Notes: generated from the letters alone by a model not told the origin. A DNA stretch of 64,000 nt from Faecalimonas sp. (GCA_045648725.1 JAZRON010000033.1:5165-69164), one strand, 5' to 3'; positions 49,967-59,629 are shown, counted from the stretch's first letter. Made by a program: numbers and translations.

Positions 49967-50257
49967 ATGACTTCAAAACAAAGAGCGTATTTAAAAAGTC
50001 TTGCAATGGTAATGGATCCAATTTTCCAGATTGGAAAATCAAGTATGACTCCGGAATTTACCAATGCAATTGCTGAGGCATTAGAAGCCCGCGAATTGAT
50101 TAAGATCAACGTGCTTCAAAATTGTATGGATGATCCAAAAGAGATTGCTCAGATGCTTGCCGAAAGAACACGTTCCCAAGTGGTACAGGTAATCGGAAAG
50201 AAGATTGTTTTATACAAAGAAGGAAAAGACGACAAAAAGAAGATTGTTTTACCATAA
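49967..50257 (+). CDS. yhbY: CRM-domain RNA-binding protein YhbY
   Basis: TSKQRAYLKSLA, ELIKI and QVIGKKIVLY motifs. Confidence 0.93.
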   Translation: MTSKQRAYLKSLAMVMDPIFQIGKSSMTPEFTNAIAEALEARELIKINVLQNCMDDPKEIAQMLAERTRSQVVQVIGKKIVLYKEGKDDKKKIVLP

Positions 50258-50281
50258 TTAAAGTTTTGCAGAGGTGTGTTT

Positions 50282-50890
50282 ATGAAAATTGGAATCATGG
50301 GCGGAACGTTTGATCCGATTCATAATGGACATTTGATGTTGGGAGAATATGCATATCGTCAGTTTCGACTGGACGAGGTTTGGTTTATGCCAAACGGGAA
50401 TCCGCCGCATAAATCCAGTGATACTATTGAGTCACAGACAGTAAATCGCGTAGAGATGGTGAAAAGAGCTATTGCCGAAAAAGAGTATTTCTCGCTGCAA
50501 CTTTATGAGGTGGAGAATAAAGAAGTAAATTATTCTTACAAGACAATGGAGCATTTCAAACGGGTTTATCCGGAGCATACTTTTTACTTTATTATTGGTG
50601 CAGACTCGTTGTTTTCTATTGAAAAGTGGGTTCATCCGGAAATCTTTTTACGCGATTGCATTGTTTTGACAGCCTATCGTGATGAGACGGGGACAGAAGA
50701 GATGCTTTCTCAGATTCAATATTTGAACAAAAAGTATGGTGCGGACATTCATTTGCTAAATACACCAAATGTAGATATCTCATCCAGTGATATCCGTGAT
50801 AAAATCAAAGCCGGAATATCTGTTCATGAGATGGTGCCACAAGCAGTCTTGTCTTATATTAAGGAAAAACAATTATTTAAGGATGAGTAA
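50282..50890 (+). CDS. nadD: Nicotinate-nucleotide adenylyltransferase
   Basis: GGTFDPIHNGH, PPHK, IIGAD and ISSSDIR motifs. Confidence 0.95.
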   Translation: MKIGIMGGTFDPIHNGHLMLGEYAYRQFRLDEVWFMPNGNPPHKSSDTIESQTVNRVEMVKRAIAEKEYFSLQLYEVENKEVNYSYKTMEHFKRVYPEHTFYFIIGADSLFSIEKWVHPEIFLRDCIVLTAYRDETGTEEMLSQIQYLNKKYGADIHLLNTPNVDISSSDIRDKIKAGISVHEMVPQAVLSYIKEKQLFKDE

Positions 50891-50891
50891 G

Positions 50892-51467
50892 ATGGACCGA
50901 ATAAATAAAATCAAAAAAAGTGTGCAGCGTCATTTGGATAAAGAAAGATACGAGCATACGTTGGGAGTAATGTACACTGCAGGTGCACTTGCTATGCGTT
51001 ATGAAGTAGACTTGGAGAAAGCAATGATAGCCGGTGTGTTACACGACTGTGCAAAGTGTCTTTCTTCAGATAAGAAAATCAAGTTATGTGAAAAATACGG
51101 ATTAGCGGTTTCAGAATCTGAGGCGAAAAATCCAGGGCTATTACATGCAAAATTAGGTGCTTATATTGCGAACGCAAAATATGATATAGAGGATTCCTTC
51201 ATTTTGGATGCAATCACATATCATACGACAGGGAGACCTGCCATGACGCTTTTAGATAAGATTATTTACATTGCCGATTACATAGAACCGAATCGTACGT
51301 CGGCACCAAATTTAAATCCGGTTCGCAAATTGGCATTTGAGGACATTGATGAATGTTTATATATGATTTTGAAAGATTCACTAGACTATTTGAAAACAAA
51401 AAGTGAAGTCGTTGATCCTATGACGGAGCAAACTTATTTATACTATAAAAATCTTATGCAGAAATAA
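50892..51467 (+). CDS. yqeK: HD-domain Ap4A hydrolase YqeK
   Basis: RYEHTLGV, LHDCAK, HTTG and ADYIEPNR motifs. Confidence 0.92.
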   Translation: MDRINKIKKSVQRHLDKERYEHTLGVMYTAGALAMRYEVDLEKAMIAGVLHDCAKCLSSDKKIKLCEKYGLAVSESEAKNPGLLHAKLGAYIANAKYDIEDSFILDAITYHTTGRPAMTLLDKIIYIADYIEPNRTSAPNLNPVRKLAFEDIDECLYMILKDSLDYLKTKSEVVDPMTEQTYLYYKNLMQK

Positions 51468-51485
51468 AAGAATGAGGTGAATAAT

Positions 51486-51836
51486 ATGGAACAATCAAAA
51501 TTAATGGCAAAATTGGCTTGCAAAGCTTTAGATGATAAAAAAGGTGAAGATATTAAAGTGATTGATATTTCCCAAATCTCTGTCCTTGCAGACTATTTCA
51601 TAATAGCCAACGGAACAAACGACAGTCAGGTTAGAGCATTGGTAGAGGCTGTGGAAGAAGAACTTGATAAAGCAGGTTTTGAGGTAAAACAGCGTGAAGG
51701 ATATGGTCTTGGAAACTGGGTGCTACTTGACTTTGGTGAAATCATCGTCCATGTATTTGACAAAGAAAATCGATTGTTCTACGATTTAGAAAGAATTTGG
51801 AGAGACGGAAAAACTGTAGAGGTTAGTGAATTATAG
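51486..51836 (+). CDS. rsfS: Ribosome silencing factor
   Basis: DKKGEDI, WVLLDFG and FYDLERIW motifs. Confidence 0.95.
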   Translation: MEQSKLMAKLACKALDDKKGEDIKVIDISQISVLADYFIIANGTNDSQVRALVEAVEEELDKAGFEVKQREGYGLGNWVLLDFGEIIVHVFDKENRLFYDLERIWRDGKTVEVSEL

Positions 51837-51862
51837 AACAAACTTTTAATACAATTGTAAAT

Positions 51863-51892
51863 AAAAAAGGTCGCCAGTTTTGGCGACCTTTA
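51863..51892. terminator. Bidirectional terminator between rsfS and lexA
   Basis: AAAGGTCGCCA-GTTT-TGGCGACCTTT. Confidence 0.85.
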
Positions 51893-51907
51893 CTTTAATG
51901 CTTATAT

Positions 51908-52522
51908 CTATAGAAATCTAAATACACCGATTACTTTTCCGAGAATCTCGCAATGTGTTACGATAATTGGATCCATATCATCATTTTCCGGTTGCAGGCG
52001 GAAGTAACCGTTTTCTTTATAGAATGTCTTAACAGTAGCACTGTCATCTACCAGAGCAACTACAATTTCACCATTGGATGCTGTCTGACGCTTTTCAACA
52101 AGAACATAATCTCCATCGAAAATACCGACATTAATCATGCTTTCTCCTTTTACTGTTAACATAAATGTATCATTATTCGGCATGTAATCCATAGGAATAG
52201 GAAAGTAGTCCATAATGTTTTGCTCTGCTAAAATCGGTTCGCCGGCAGCAACGCGTCCAACCATCGGAACATTCACCATCTCACGCCTTGTGAGATTAAA
52301 AGAATCGTCCATAATCTCAATTGCACGTGGTTTTGTAGGGTCACGACGAATGTAACCGTTTTTTTCTAATGTTTCTAAATGAGAGTGAACAGAAGAAGTG
52401 GATTTCAAATGAACCGCATCACAAATCTCACGAACTGCCGGTGGATAACCTACACGTAAGATTTCTGCTTTTATGTATTCTAAAATTTCTAATTGTTTTT
52501 GGCTGATTTTACCCTGTGCCAT
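51908..52522 (-). CDS. lexA: SOS repressor LexA
   Basis: GYPPAVREI winged helix, VAAG cleavage site, GESM (Ser) and TVK (Lys). Confidence 0.97.
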   Translation of the reverse strand: MAQGKISQKQLEILEYIKAEILRVGYPPAVREICDAVHLKSTSSVHSHLETLEKNGYIRRDPTKPRAIEIMDDSFNLTRREMVNVPMVGRVAAGEPILAEQNIMDYFPIPMDYMPNNDTFMLTVKGESMINVGIFDGDYVLVEKRQTASNGEIVVALVDDSATVKTFYKENGYFRLQPENDDMDPIIVTHCEILGKVIGVFRFL

Positions 52523-52585
52523 GACTTGTCCTCCTAAATCCGACTATTTATTAATTGCATTTTACCATAAGGCATATAAAAAAGC

Positions 52586-52697
52586 AAACAAATGTTTAGA
52601 AAATATGTTCGATTTTTTTGAAAAACCAGTTGACAAACAAATGTTCGCGTTTTATACTAAGAACATAAAACAGAACAGTTGTTCGGAACAAATATTC
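52586..52697. promoter_or_regulatory. Five SOS boxes (GAAC-N4-GTTC) and promoter TTGACA-17-TATACT (52630-52658)
   Basis: AAACAAATGTTT at 52586, GAAAATATGTTC at 52599, AAACAAATGTTC at 52635, GAACAGTTGTTC at 52673, GAACAAATATTC at 52686. Confidence 0.85.
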
Positions 52698-52720
52698 GAA
52701 CATATATGGAGGGGTATAGA

Positions 52721-53086
52721 ATGAACAGACAGGAAATCAGATATAGAGAAAAGAAAAGAAGGGCAAGAATTGTTGCAAGAAGAAGGATGTTTCTTTTGTT
52801 GGCTACAGTTTTACTTATTACTATCGGAAGTACTATCTTTGGAAGTATATTTTCGTCTGCCCAGGCAGATGCTGAAGAATCAGGTGTTGAATATAAATAT
52901 TATAAAAGCGTTCTGATTAAAGATGGTGATACACTTTGGAGTGTTGCAAAAGAATATTGCACAGATGATTATTCAAGCACACAGGAATATATTGATGAGT
53001 TGATAGAATTAAATGACTTGTCTTCAGATATAATTCATGCAGGACAACATTTGGTAATAGCTTATTATGATAAAGAATTCAAATAA
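52721..53086 (+). CDS. yneA: YneA-like SOS cell division inhibitor (TM helix plus LysM)
   Basis: Divergent from lexA; TM helix followed by GDTLWSVA...IHAGQHL LysM. Confidence 0.8.
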   Translation: MNRQEIRYREKKRRARIVARRRMFLLLATVLLITIGSTIFGSIFSSAQADAEESGVEYKYYKSVLIKDGDTLWSVAKEYCTDDYSSTQEYIDELIELNDLSSDIIHAGQHLVIAYYDKEFK

Positions 53087-53090
53087 CAAT

Positions 53091-53118
53091 AAGGAAATCC
53101 TTAATCGGATTTCCTTTT
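53091..53118 (+). terminator. Intrinsic terminator after the yneA-like gene
   Basis: AAGGAAATCC-TTAATC-GGATTTCCTT followed by TT. Confidence 0.8.
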
Positions 53119-53254
53119 ATATTGAAATTTTATTCCAATGTATATTGCGCTTAAGCTAAATAAAATGTATATTAGTATAGGAATTTATTTTGTCCATTCT
53201 AGTATTTTTATTGATTGAATGGATAACATTTTATTTATGTAGGAGGAAATAATA

Positions 53255-53746
53255 ATGAAAAAGATTATTGCGTTACTTATGGCTGTACTTATGGTTTTAG
53301 GAGTTACAGCATGTGGAAGTAAAAATAATGAAAATGTAAACGATGCAAACAAACCGGAAACTGTAGGTCAAATCTTATTAGCTGAATTCAAAGGTAATCC
53401 AGAAGGGACAGCACAAGAGATTGCTGATAGAATTATCACAAATGAGATCATTCCATTTGCAGGAGGAGCAATGCCTGTAGAACCCGGATTGCTTTCTGGA
53501 TTTGATGACGCAGAGATTACCGGATTTAAAGAAGGTGTGATGTTCTCACCAATGATGGGAACTATTCCATTTGTTGGCTATATTTTTGTGTTAGAAGATG
53601 GTGCTGATGTGGATGCATTCAAACAGAATTTAGAGCAGAATGCAAATCTTCGTTGGAATATTTGTACAGAAGCAGAAGAACTTACCGTTGATAATGAAGG
53701 AAATACAGTATTCTTTCTTATGAGTCCAAAAAACTTTGAAGAATAG
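53255..53746 (+). CDS. Lipoprotein (DUF4358-like), associated with MBOAT/DHHW
   Basis: Lipobox GVTAC; WNIC motif; gene context. Confidence 0.75.
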   Translation: MKKIIALLMAVLMVLGVTACGSKNNENVNDANKPETVGQILLAEFKGNPEGTAQEIADRIITNEIIPFAGGAMPVEPGLLSGFDDAEITGFKEGVMFSPMMGTIPFVGYIFVLEDGADVDAFKQNLEQNANLRWNICTEAEELTVDNEGNTVFFLMSPKNFEE

Positions 53747-53748
53747 TT

Positions 53749-55122
53749 ATGTTGTTCTCTAGCATTCCATTTTTATATTATTTTTTACCTTGTGTACTTT
53801 TCATATATTTTGTAGTACCGAGTGAATTTAAAAATCTTGTTCTGTTATTGTCTAGTTTATTGTTTTATGGTTGGGGTGAACCGCGACTTGTTTTTTTGAT
53901 GCTGATAACAATCACGGTAAGCTACCTTATGGGGATTTTAACAGAGAAATATGTTAAATATAAGAAGGCGTATTTATTTGTAGCAGTTGTATTTAGTCTA
54001 TCTACGCTGGGGGTATTTAAATATGCCGACTTTTTAATTGAAAATGTCAATAGTGTTACGGGTGTGTCTATTCCACTTTTAAGGATTGCACTCCCAATTG
54101 GGATTAGTTTTTATACATTCCAATTGCTCAGTTATAATATTGATGTATATCGTGGTAATGTGGTTACTCAAAAAAATCCAATTTATCTTGCAACCTATAT
54201 TACCATGTTTCCTCAATTGATTGCAGGACCGATTGTGCGGTATAGCGATATTGCAGAGCAATTAAATCATCGAATTCATAGTTCGGAAAAAATAGCCATT
54301 GGAATTCGGCGATTTGTGTTTGGACTTTCCAAAAAGATATTAATCGCCAATGCACTAGGAGAACTCTGCGAAATATTTAGACACTCTAATGATAAGAGTG
54401 TCTTGTTTCATTGGATGTATGCCATAGCATTTATGCTTCATATTTATTTTGATTTTTCCGGTTATAGTGATATGGCAATCGGTCTTGGAAAAATATTGGG
54501 ATTTGATTTTATGGAAAATTTTAATTATCCATACATCTCAAGAAGTATTACAGAATTTTGGAGAAGATGGCATATTTCACTAGGTTCCTGGTTTCGAGAT
54601 TACGTTTATATTCCGTTAGGCGGTTCACGTGTAAAGAAACCTAAGATGGTATGGAACATTTTTGTTGTATGGATGCTAACTGGGTTATGGCATGGAGCAG
54701 CGTGGAATTTTGTGTTTTGGGGACTGTTTTTTGCAATCTTATTAGTAATAGAAAAGTTTATCTTAATGAAATATTTAGAGCATTCAAAATGGTTCTGCCA
54801 TATCTATGTATTATTTGCTGTTATGGTTAGTTTCGTTATCTTTAACGCATCATCCATGGGACAGGCTATAAATGATATTGGCGGCCTATTTGGAGCCGGC
54901 GGAATACCTGTAGTTTCAGCCGAGTCCATTTACTATTTGAAAAGCTTTTTAATTACGTTTCTTTTAGCAGTAATAGGTGCAACTCCAATTCCGAAATATA
55001 TATCATCAAAATGGAGAGCAACTTCCTACTTGGAACCAATTGTAATTATTTTATTACTGGTAATGTGCACCGCATATCTTGTAGACGGTTCTTTTAATCC
55101 GTTTTTGTATTTTAGGTTTTAA
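53749..55122 (+). CDS. MBOAT O-acyltransferase (AlgI/PatA/DltB-like)
   Basis: LPIGISFYTFQ, FPQLIAGPI, DFSGYSDMAIG, FWRRWHISL and GLWHG motifs. Confidence 0.93.
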   Translation: MLFSSIPFLYYFLPCVLFIYFVVPSEFKNLVLLLSSLLFYGWGEPRLVFLMLITITVSYLMGILTEKYVKYKKAYLFVAVVFSLSTLGVFKYADFLIENVNSVTGVSIPLLRIALPIGISFYTFQLLSYNIDVYRGNVVTQKNPIYLATYITMFPQLIAGPIVRYSDIAEQLNHRIHSSEKIAIGIRRFVFGLSKKILIANALGELCEIFRHSNDKSVLFHWMYAIAFMLHIYFDFSGYSDMAIGLGKILGFDFMENFNYPYISRSITEFWRRWHISLGSWFRDYVYIPLGGSRVKKPKMVWNIFVVWMLTGLWHGAAWNFVFWGLFFAILLVIEKFILMKYLEHSKWFCHIYVLFAVMVSFVIFNASSMGQAINDIGGLFGAGGIPVVSAESIYYLKSFLITFLLAVIGATPIPKYISSKWRATSYLEPIVIILLLVMCTAYLVDGSFNPFLYFRF

Positions 55123-55135
55123 AGGAGGAGTGCAC

Positions 55136-56209
55136 ATGAGAAACCATAATAAAATCATAATTTTTTTAGTAATGGGTTTTATGTTTACCTTATTTCTTTG
55201 GAATCTTATGGGGACCTCACCTGAATATTCTGTGAGTGAGAGACGAGTTCTTGCCAGTTTTCCGGAGATAAGTCTTGAAGACATTATGAGCGGAGAGTTC
55301 GCTGAGCAATTCGAAAAATATGCCACAGATAGATTTCCGGCCAGAGATACTTGGAGAAGTATCAAAGCATATACACAGACAAAGATATTTAGACAAAAAG
55401 ACAACAATGATATCTATACAGCGAATGGTCATGTCTCGAAATTGGAATATCCGATGAATATAGAGATGATGAATCATTCAATACAGTTGTTTACGAAGGT
55501 AAAGAACAAATATTTGGGTTCTAACCCAATCTATTTTGCAATTATTCCAGACAAGAACCGGTATCTTGCACCCCCAAATGATTACTTATCTTTGGATTAT
55601 GATGCATTTACCCAGTACATGAAGGAACATATGGAATTTGCTGAATATATTGAAATTGCAGATTTGTTGGAAGCAAATGATTATTATTCCACGGATACCC
55701 ATTGGCGCCAGGAACGCATTACAGATGTTGCTGAAAGAATTGCTGCAAAGATGGGAACGGACATCTCGCAGACCTATCATGCAAATATGCTGGAAGAACC
55801 GTTATATGGGGTTTATGTGGGGCAATCTGCACTCAAATGTAAACCGGATACCATAACCTATCTGACAAATGATACAATAGATAATGCAGTAGTGGATGGA
55901 GATATGGCTGTTTATGATATGAAAAAAGCAGTTAGTAAAGATCCTTATGAAATGTTTTTATCCGGAAATCAACCAATCGTGAAGATTATAAACAAAGAAA
56001 GTAATGGTGATAAGCGATTAATTATGTTTCGGGATTCTTTTGGTTCAAGTATTGCTCCGTTATTTATAAAAGGTTATTCTGAAATTGTACTCATCGATTT
56101 ACGCTATATCTCAAGTGAAGTTTTGGATGAGTATGTGGAATTTGAAAATGCAGATGTATTGTTCTTATATAGTACATTACTACTAAATAACTCATTATCA
56201 ATGAAATAG
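55136..56209 (+). CDS. DHHW family (AlgJ/PatB-like SGNH) protein
   Basis: N-terminal TM helix; ERRVLA, TDTHW and RDSFG motifs. Confidence 0.85.
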   Translation: MRNHNKIIIFLVMGFMFTLFLWNLMGTSPEYSVSERRVLASFPEISLEDIMSGEFAEQFEKYATDRFPARDTWRSIKAYTQTKIFRQKDNNDIYTANGHVSKLEYPMNIEMMNHSIQLFTKVKNKYLGSNPIYFAIIPDKNRYLAPPNDYLSLDYDAFTQYMKEHMEFAEYIEIADLLEANDYYSTDTHWRQERITDVAERIAAKMGTDISQTYHANMLEEPLYGVYVGQSALKCKPDTITYLTNDTIDNAVVDGDMAVYDMKKAVSKDPYEMFLSGNQPIVKIINKESNGDKRLIMFRDSFGSSIAPLFIKGYSEIVLIDLRYISSEVLDEYVEFENADVLFLYSTLLLNNSLSMK

Positions 56210-56228
56210 TATATGTAAGGAAATAGAT

Positions 56229-56918
56229 ATGATGAAAGTGATTTTATGGGATATTGATGGTACATTGTTAGATTTTATAAAAGCAGAATATGCTGCAATC
56301 AAGAAATGTTTTGAAGTATTTCAGTTAGGCGAATGTACGGATGAAATGATTAAAAGATACTCGAAGATTAACAGAGGGTATTGGGAGAGATTGGAACGCA
56401 AAGAAATCACAAAACCGGAAGTGTTAGTAGGACGATTTAAAGATTTTTTTGCCAGCGAAAACATTGACACCAATTGTGCCGAGGAATTTAATAAAGAGTA
56501 TCAGGTGCGGCTTGGAGATACCATTTGTTTTTGTGATAACAGTTATGAAGTGGTCAAGAGTTTAAAGGGACGTGTAAAGCAATATGCGGTAACCAATGGA
56601 ACGAAAATTGCACAGGATAAAAAATTAGCAAAATCCGGATTGATCGATTTATTTGACGATATTTTCATTTCAGAAGAGGTGGGGTACGAAAAGCCGGATG
56701 TTAGATTTTTCGAGCATGTATGGGCAAAAATAGGGGCTTACAGACCGGAAGAAGTGATGATTGTTGGCGATTCTCTTACAAGCGATATTCAGGGAGGGAA
56801 TAATGCCGGTATCATTTGTTGCTGGTATAATCCGAAAAGAGCAACTAACAATTTGAATCTAAGAATCGATTATGAGATCATTGATTTAAACGAAATTATG
56901 CTTATATTGGAGGAATAA
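56229..56918 (+). CDS. YjjG-like HAD pyrimidine nucleotidase
   Basis: WDIDGTLLDF, VTNG, KPD and GDSLTSDI motifs. Confidence 0.88.
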   Translation: MMKVILWDIDGTLLDFIKAEYAAIKKCFEVFQLGECTDEMIKRYSKINRGYWERLERKEITKPEVLVGRFKDFFASENIDTNCAEEFNKEYQVRLGDTICFCDNSYEVVKSLKGRVKQYAVTNGTKIAQDKKLAKSGLIDLFDDIFISEEVGYEKPDVRFFEHVWAKIGAYRPEEVMIVGDSLTSDIQGGNNAGIICCWYNPKRATNNLNLRIDYEIIDLNEIMLILEE

Positions 56919-56922
56919 TGGA

Positions 56923-57771
56923 ATGATAAGATTAGAAAACGTCAAAAAACAATATAAACAGTTTGAACTAGATTGTTCACTCCAAGTAAAACCGGGACAA
57001 ATTACAGGTTTGATAGGGGAGAATGGAGCAGGGAAAAGTACTACCTTTAAACTTATTTTAGATTTAATTCATAAAGATGAAGGAAGGATCGAAGTTTTTG
57101 GAAAGTCTGTTTCTGAATTATCTAATGAAGACAAAGAAAATATAGGCGTTGTATTATCTGATTCCGGGTTCAGTGGATATATAACAGTGAAAGATATTAT
57201 AAAGATTATGTCGGCGTTATACTCCCAATTTGACAAGACCACCTTTTTAAATGAATGTGAAAAATACCGCATTCCACTAAATAAAAAGATCAAAGAATTC
57301 TCAACTGGGATGAAGACGAAATTAAAAATGTTGGTTGCCATCTCACATGGAGCTAAGTTACTTATATTGGATGAACCAACGGCTGGACTTGATGTGGTTG
57401 CAAGAGACGAATTTTTGGAAATGCTGCAGGACTATATGTCTAAAGGAGAACACTCCATCCTAATCAGTTCTCACATTTCCAGTGACTTAGAAAATCTTTG
57501 TGATGATTTTTACATGATACACGATGGAAAGATTGTAATGCACGAAGAAACACATGTATTGCTGAGCGAATATGGTATCTTAAAACCTAGCATAGAGCAA
57601 TATCAGATGCTTGATAAAAAGTACCTATTAAAAGTAAAGAAAGAAGCCTTTGGTTATCGCTGCTTAACAAATGAACGACAATTTTATATTGAAAATTATC
57701 CGGATGTGATAACTGAAAAAGGAAATATAGATGAGATGATTCTATTAATGGTGAGAGGTGAAATAGCATGA
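56923..57771 (+). CDS. ABC transporter ATP-binding protein (YtrB-like)
   Basis: GENGAGKST, FSTGM and LDEPTAGLD motifs. Confidence 0.92.
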   Translation: MIRLENVKKQYKQFELDCSLQVKPGQITGLIGENGAGKSTTFKLILDLIHKDEGRIEVFGKSVSELSNEDKENIGVVLSDSGFSGYITVKDIIKIMSALYSQFDKTTFLNECEKYRIPLNKKIKEFSTGMKTKLKMLVAISHGAKLLILDEPTAGLDVVARDEFLEMLQDYMSKGEHSILISSHISSDLENLCDDFYMIHDGKIVMHEETHVLLSEYGILKPSIEQYQMLDKKYLLKVKKEAFGYRCLTNERQFYIENYPDVITEKGNIDEMILLMVRGEIA

Positions 57772-58418
57772 AAGGATTATTATTAAAAGATCTTTCAATT
57801 ATAAAGACGCAGACCCGTTCTGTTGTGCTTATTATGATAATCGCATTATTTATGATGTTTGCAGGAAATAACACAACATTTGCAGTTGTCTATTCCAATA
57901 TACTTTTTGTTACATTTGGCATTAACACCCTTAGTTACGATAATTATGATAATGGATACGCCTTTTTATTTACGCTGCCAATTAGCAGGAAATTATATGT
58001 TTTGGAAAAGTACGTGTTTTCGATGTTAAGTGCTTTGACTGGCTCTATTATTTCTCTTATTCTGATGATAGGAGTGAGCTTTATTAAGGTTGATTATATG
58101 CTTACAACTTCAGAAATCTCGTTTGTAATCGGTTATACGCTTGGTGCATTTGTAGTATTAGCTATCATGTTGCCTGTGAATCTCAAATTCGGTCCAGAAA
58201 AGGGACGTATTGCCATGATTGTTTTAATTGCAATTGTTATGGCTGGGGTATTTTCTGTATCAAAAATTGCAGCCACTATGGATTTTACAAAATTGTATTT
58301 TAAAATAAGAGAGTTTTCTATGTTTTTCATTTGGGGAATTTTGATTTTAATTGCGTTGACTATTATATTTATATCTTATATGATTTCTTGTAAAATCATG
58401 GAAAAGAAAGAATTCTAG
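57768..58418 (+). CDS. ABC-2 type permease
   Basis: MKGLLLKD and TLPISRKLYVLEKY motifs; about 6 TM helices. Confidence 0.88.
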   Translation: MKGLLLKDLSIIKTQTRSVVLIMIIALFMMFAGNNTTFAVVYSNILFVTFGINTLSYDNYDNGYAFLFTLPISRKLYVLEKYVFSMLSALTGSIISLILMIGVSFIKVDYMLTTSEISFVIGYTLGAFVVLAIMLPVNLKFGPEKGRIAMIVLIAIVMAGVFSVSKIAATMDFTKLYFKIREFSMFFIWGILILIALTIIFISYMISCKIMEKKEF

Positions 58419-58428
58419 TTTAAATAGA

Positions 58429-59493
58429 TTAACTTTCTCTTAGTTTTACTGCAGATGCAGCCATTCTGCGTCTCGAATCATCAATTGCAGCATAATGCTT
58501 TTTCGTCGTATTGACATCCTTATGTCCAAGAACATCAGCTACTAGATAAATATCACCAGTTTCTTTATACAAATTGGTGCCATAGGTACTACGAAGTTTA
58601 TGAGGTGTAATTTTCTTGTTTGGTGTTACCTGGCGAGCGTATTTCTTTACCATATTTTCTACTGCCTGAACTCCAATTCGTTTCCTTTGTGTAGAAAGAA
58701 ATAGTGCATTTTCATGGCCGGAGAGAGGAGTGGTTGCAGCTCTTGTTGTTTCCAAATAATTTTCTAAAGCATTACGGACTTCATCGCCAAAATAAACAAC
58801 CATTTGGTTTCCACCTTTTCGTGTAACGGTAATTCCATCATTTTTGAAATCAACATCGTCAATATCCAAACCGACACACTCTGAAACACGAATTCCTGTA
58901 CCTAATAGAAGAGTAAGTATGGCTAAATCACGAGACCTTGTTTTCTCATAATAAACCTTCTTTTGACCTGTTAACTGTGAACCGCAGGATTCTACATAAT
59001 CTAAAAGCAACGCAACCTCATCTATATCTAATCTTATAATTGCTTTTTCATGTATCTTCGGTTTGTCTACAAAGATTGTCGGATTTTTAACAATGTATTT
59101 ATGACGATATAGATACCTATAGAAGCTACTTAATGATGAAAATTTACGTGCAAGTCCACGTTCTGTATTGGTGATTTGCTTATCGTCAGAAGATATATAT
59201 ACCTTCAGATAGTCTAAATATTCTTCAATATCGACCGGCTCGATGTTTTCCAAATCTTGAAAAGTAAATTGATCTGTTTTGTAAGCCTTAAAAACAGGGT
59301 TATTTTCAATTAAAAAGTTAAAGAAGACACGTAGGTCATATGCATAGGAAATTCGCGTCTTAGCAGACGTTGTAGGCTCAATTGCGCGGAAATAATCTTT
59401 TACGAATGGAGGTAATGTTTTTAGAACTTCACGTAAACGTAAAGTGTTATCTATGTATGATTGTTCATAATATGTTTTGATATCTTTAGCCAT
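58429..59493 (-). CDS. Tyrosine recombinase, XerS/XerC-like
   Basis: Catalytic R (GIRVSE), K (RKGG), HKLR, LGH and Y (KHYA); 354 aa with an XerS-like N-terminus; no flanking mobile-element genes. Confidence 0.9.
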   Translation of the reverse strand: MAKDIKTYYEQSYIDNTLRLREVLKTLPPFVKDYFRAIEPTTSAKTRISYAYDLRVFFNFLIENNPVFKAYKTDQFTFQDLENIEPVDIEEYLDYLKVYISSDDKQITNTERGLARKFSSLSSFYRYLYRHKYIVKNPTIFVDKPKIHEKAIIRLDIDEVALLLDYVESCGSQLTGQKKVYYEKTRSRDLAILTLLLGTGIRVSECVGLDIDDVDFKNDGITVTRKGGNQMVVYFGDEVRNALENYLETTRAATTPLSGHENALFLSTQRKRIGVQAVENMVKKYARQVTPNKKITPHKLRSTYGTNLYKETGDIYLVADVLGHKDVNTTKKHYAAIDDSRRRMAASAVKLRES

Positions 59494-59564
59494 GATATAG
59501 GTTCCTTTCTGAGAGTAGTTGATTCTCTGTGCGAGATGGCCTTGATTTACCTTAATCTATGTAG

Positions 59565-59594
59565 ATTATAGCATATTCCTTTGTTTTTTGTCTA
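59565..59594 (-). promoter_or_regulatory. Putative sigma-A promoter of the recombinase gene
   Basis: Minus strand TAGACA-18-TATAAT with extended TG. Confidence 0.6.
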
Positions 59595-59595
59595 C

Positions 59596-59629
59596 ATCTT
59601 TTGGAAAAATTGGTGTTTGTCGTATAGAT
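59596..59629. other. Candidate dif-like (difSL-type) recombination site
   Basis: ATCTTTTGGAAAAA-TTGGTG-TTTGTCGTATAGAT: 14-bp imperfect inverted arms (10/14) around a 6-bp spacer, directly upstream of the recombinase. Confidence 0.55.

Noticed and set aside
53255-59493. Integrated island bounded by the tyrosine recombinase
   Set aside because: No att repeats, tRNA, excisionase, phage or conjugation genes were seen; the recombinase looks like a housekeeping Xer type.
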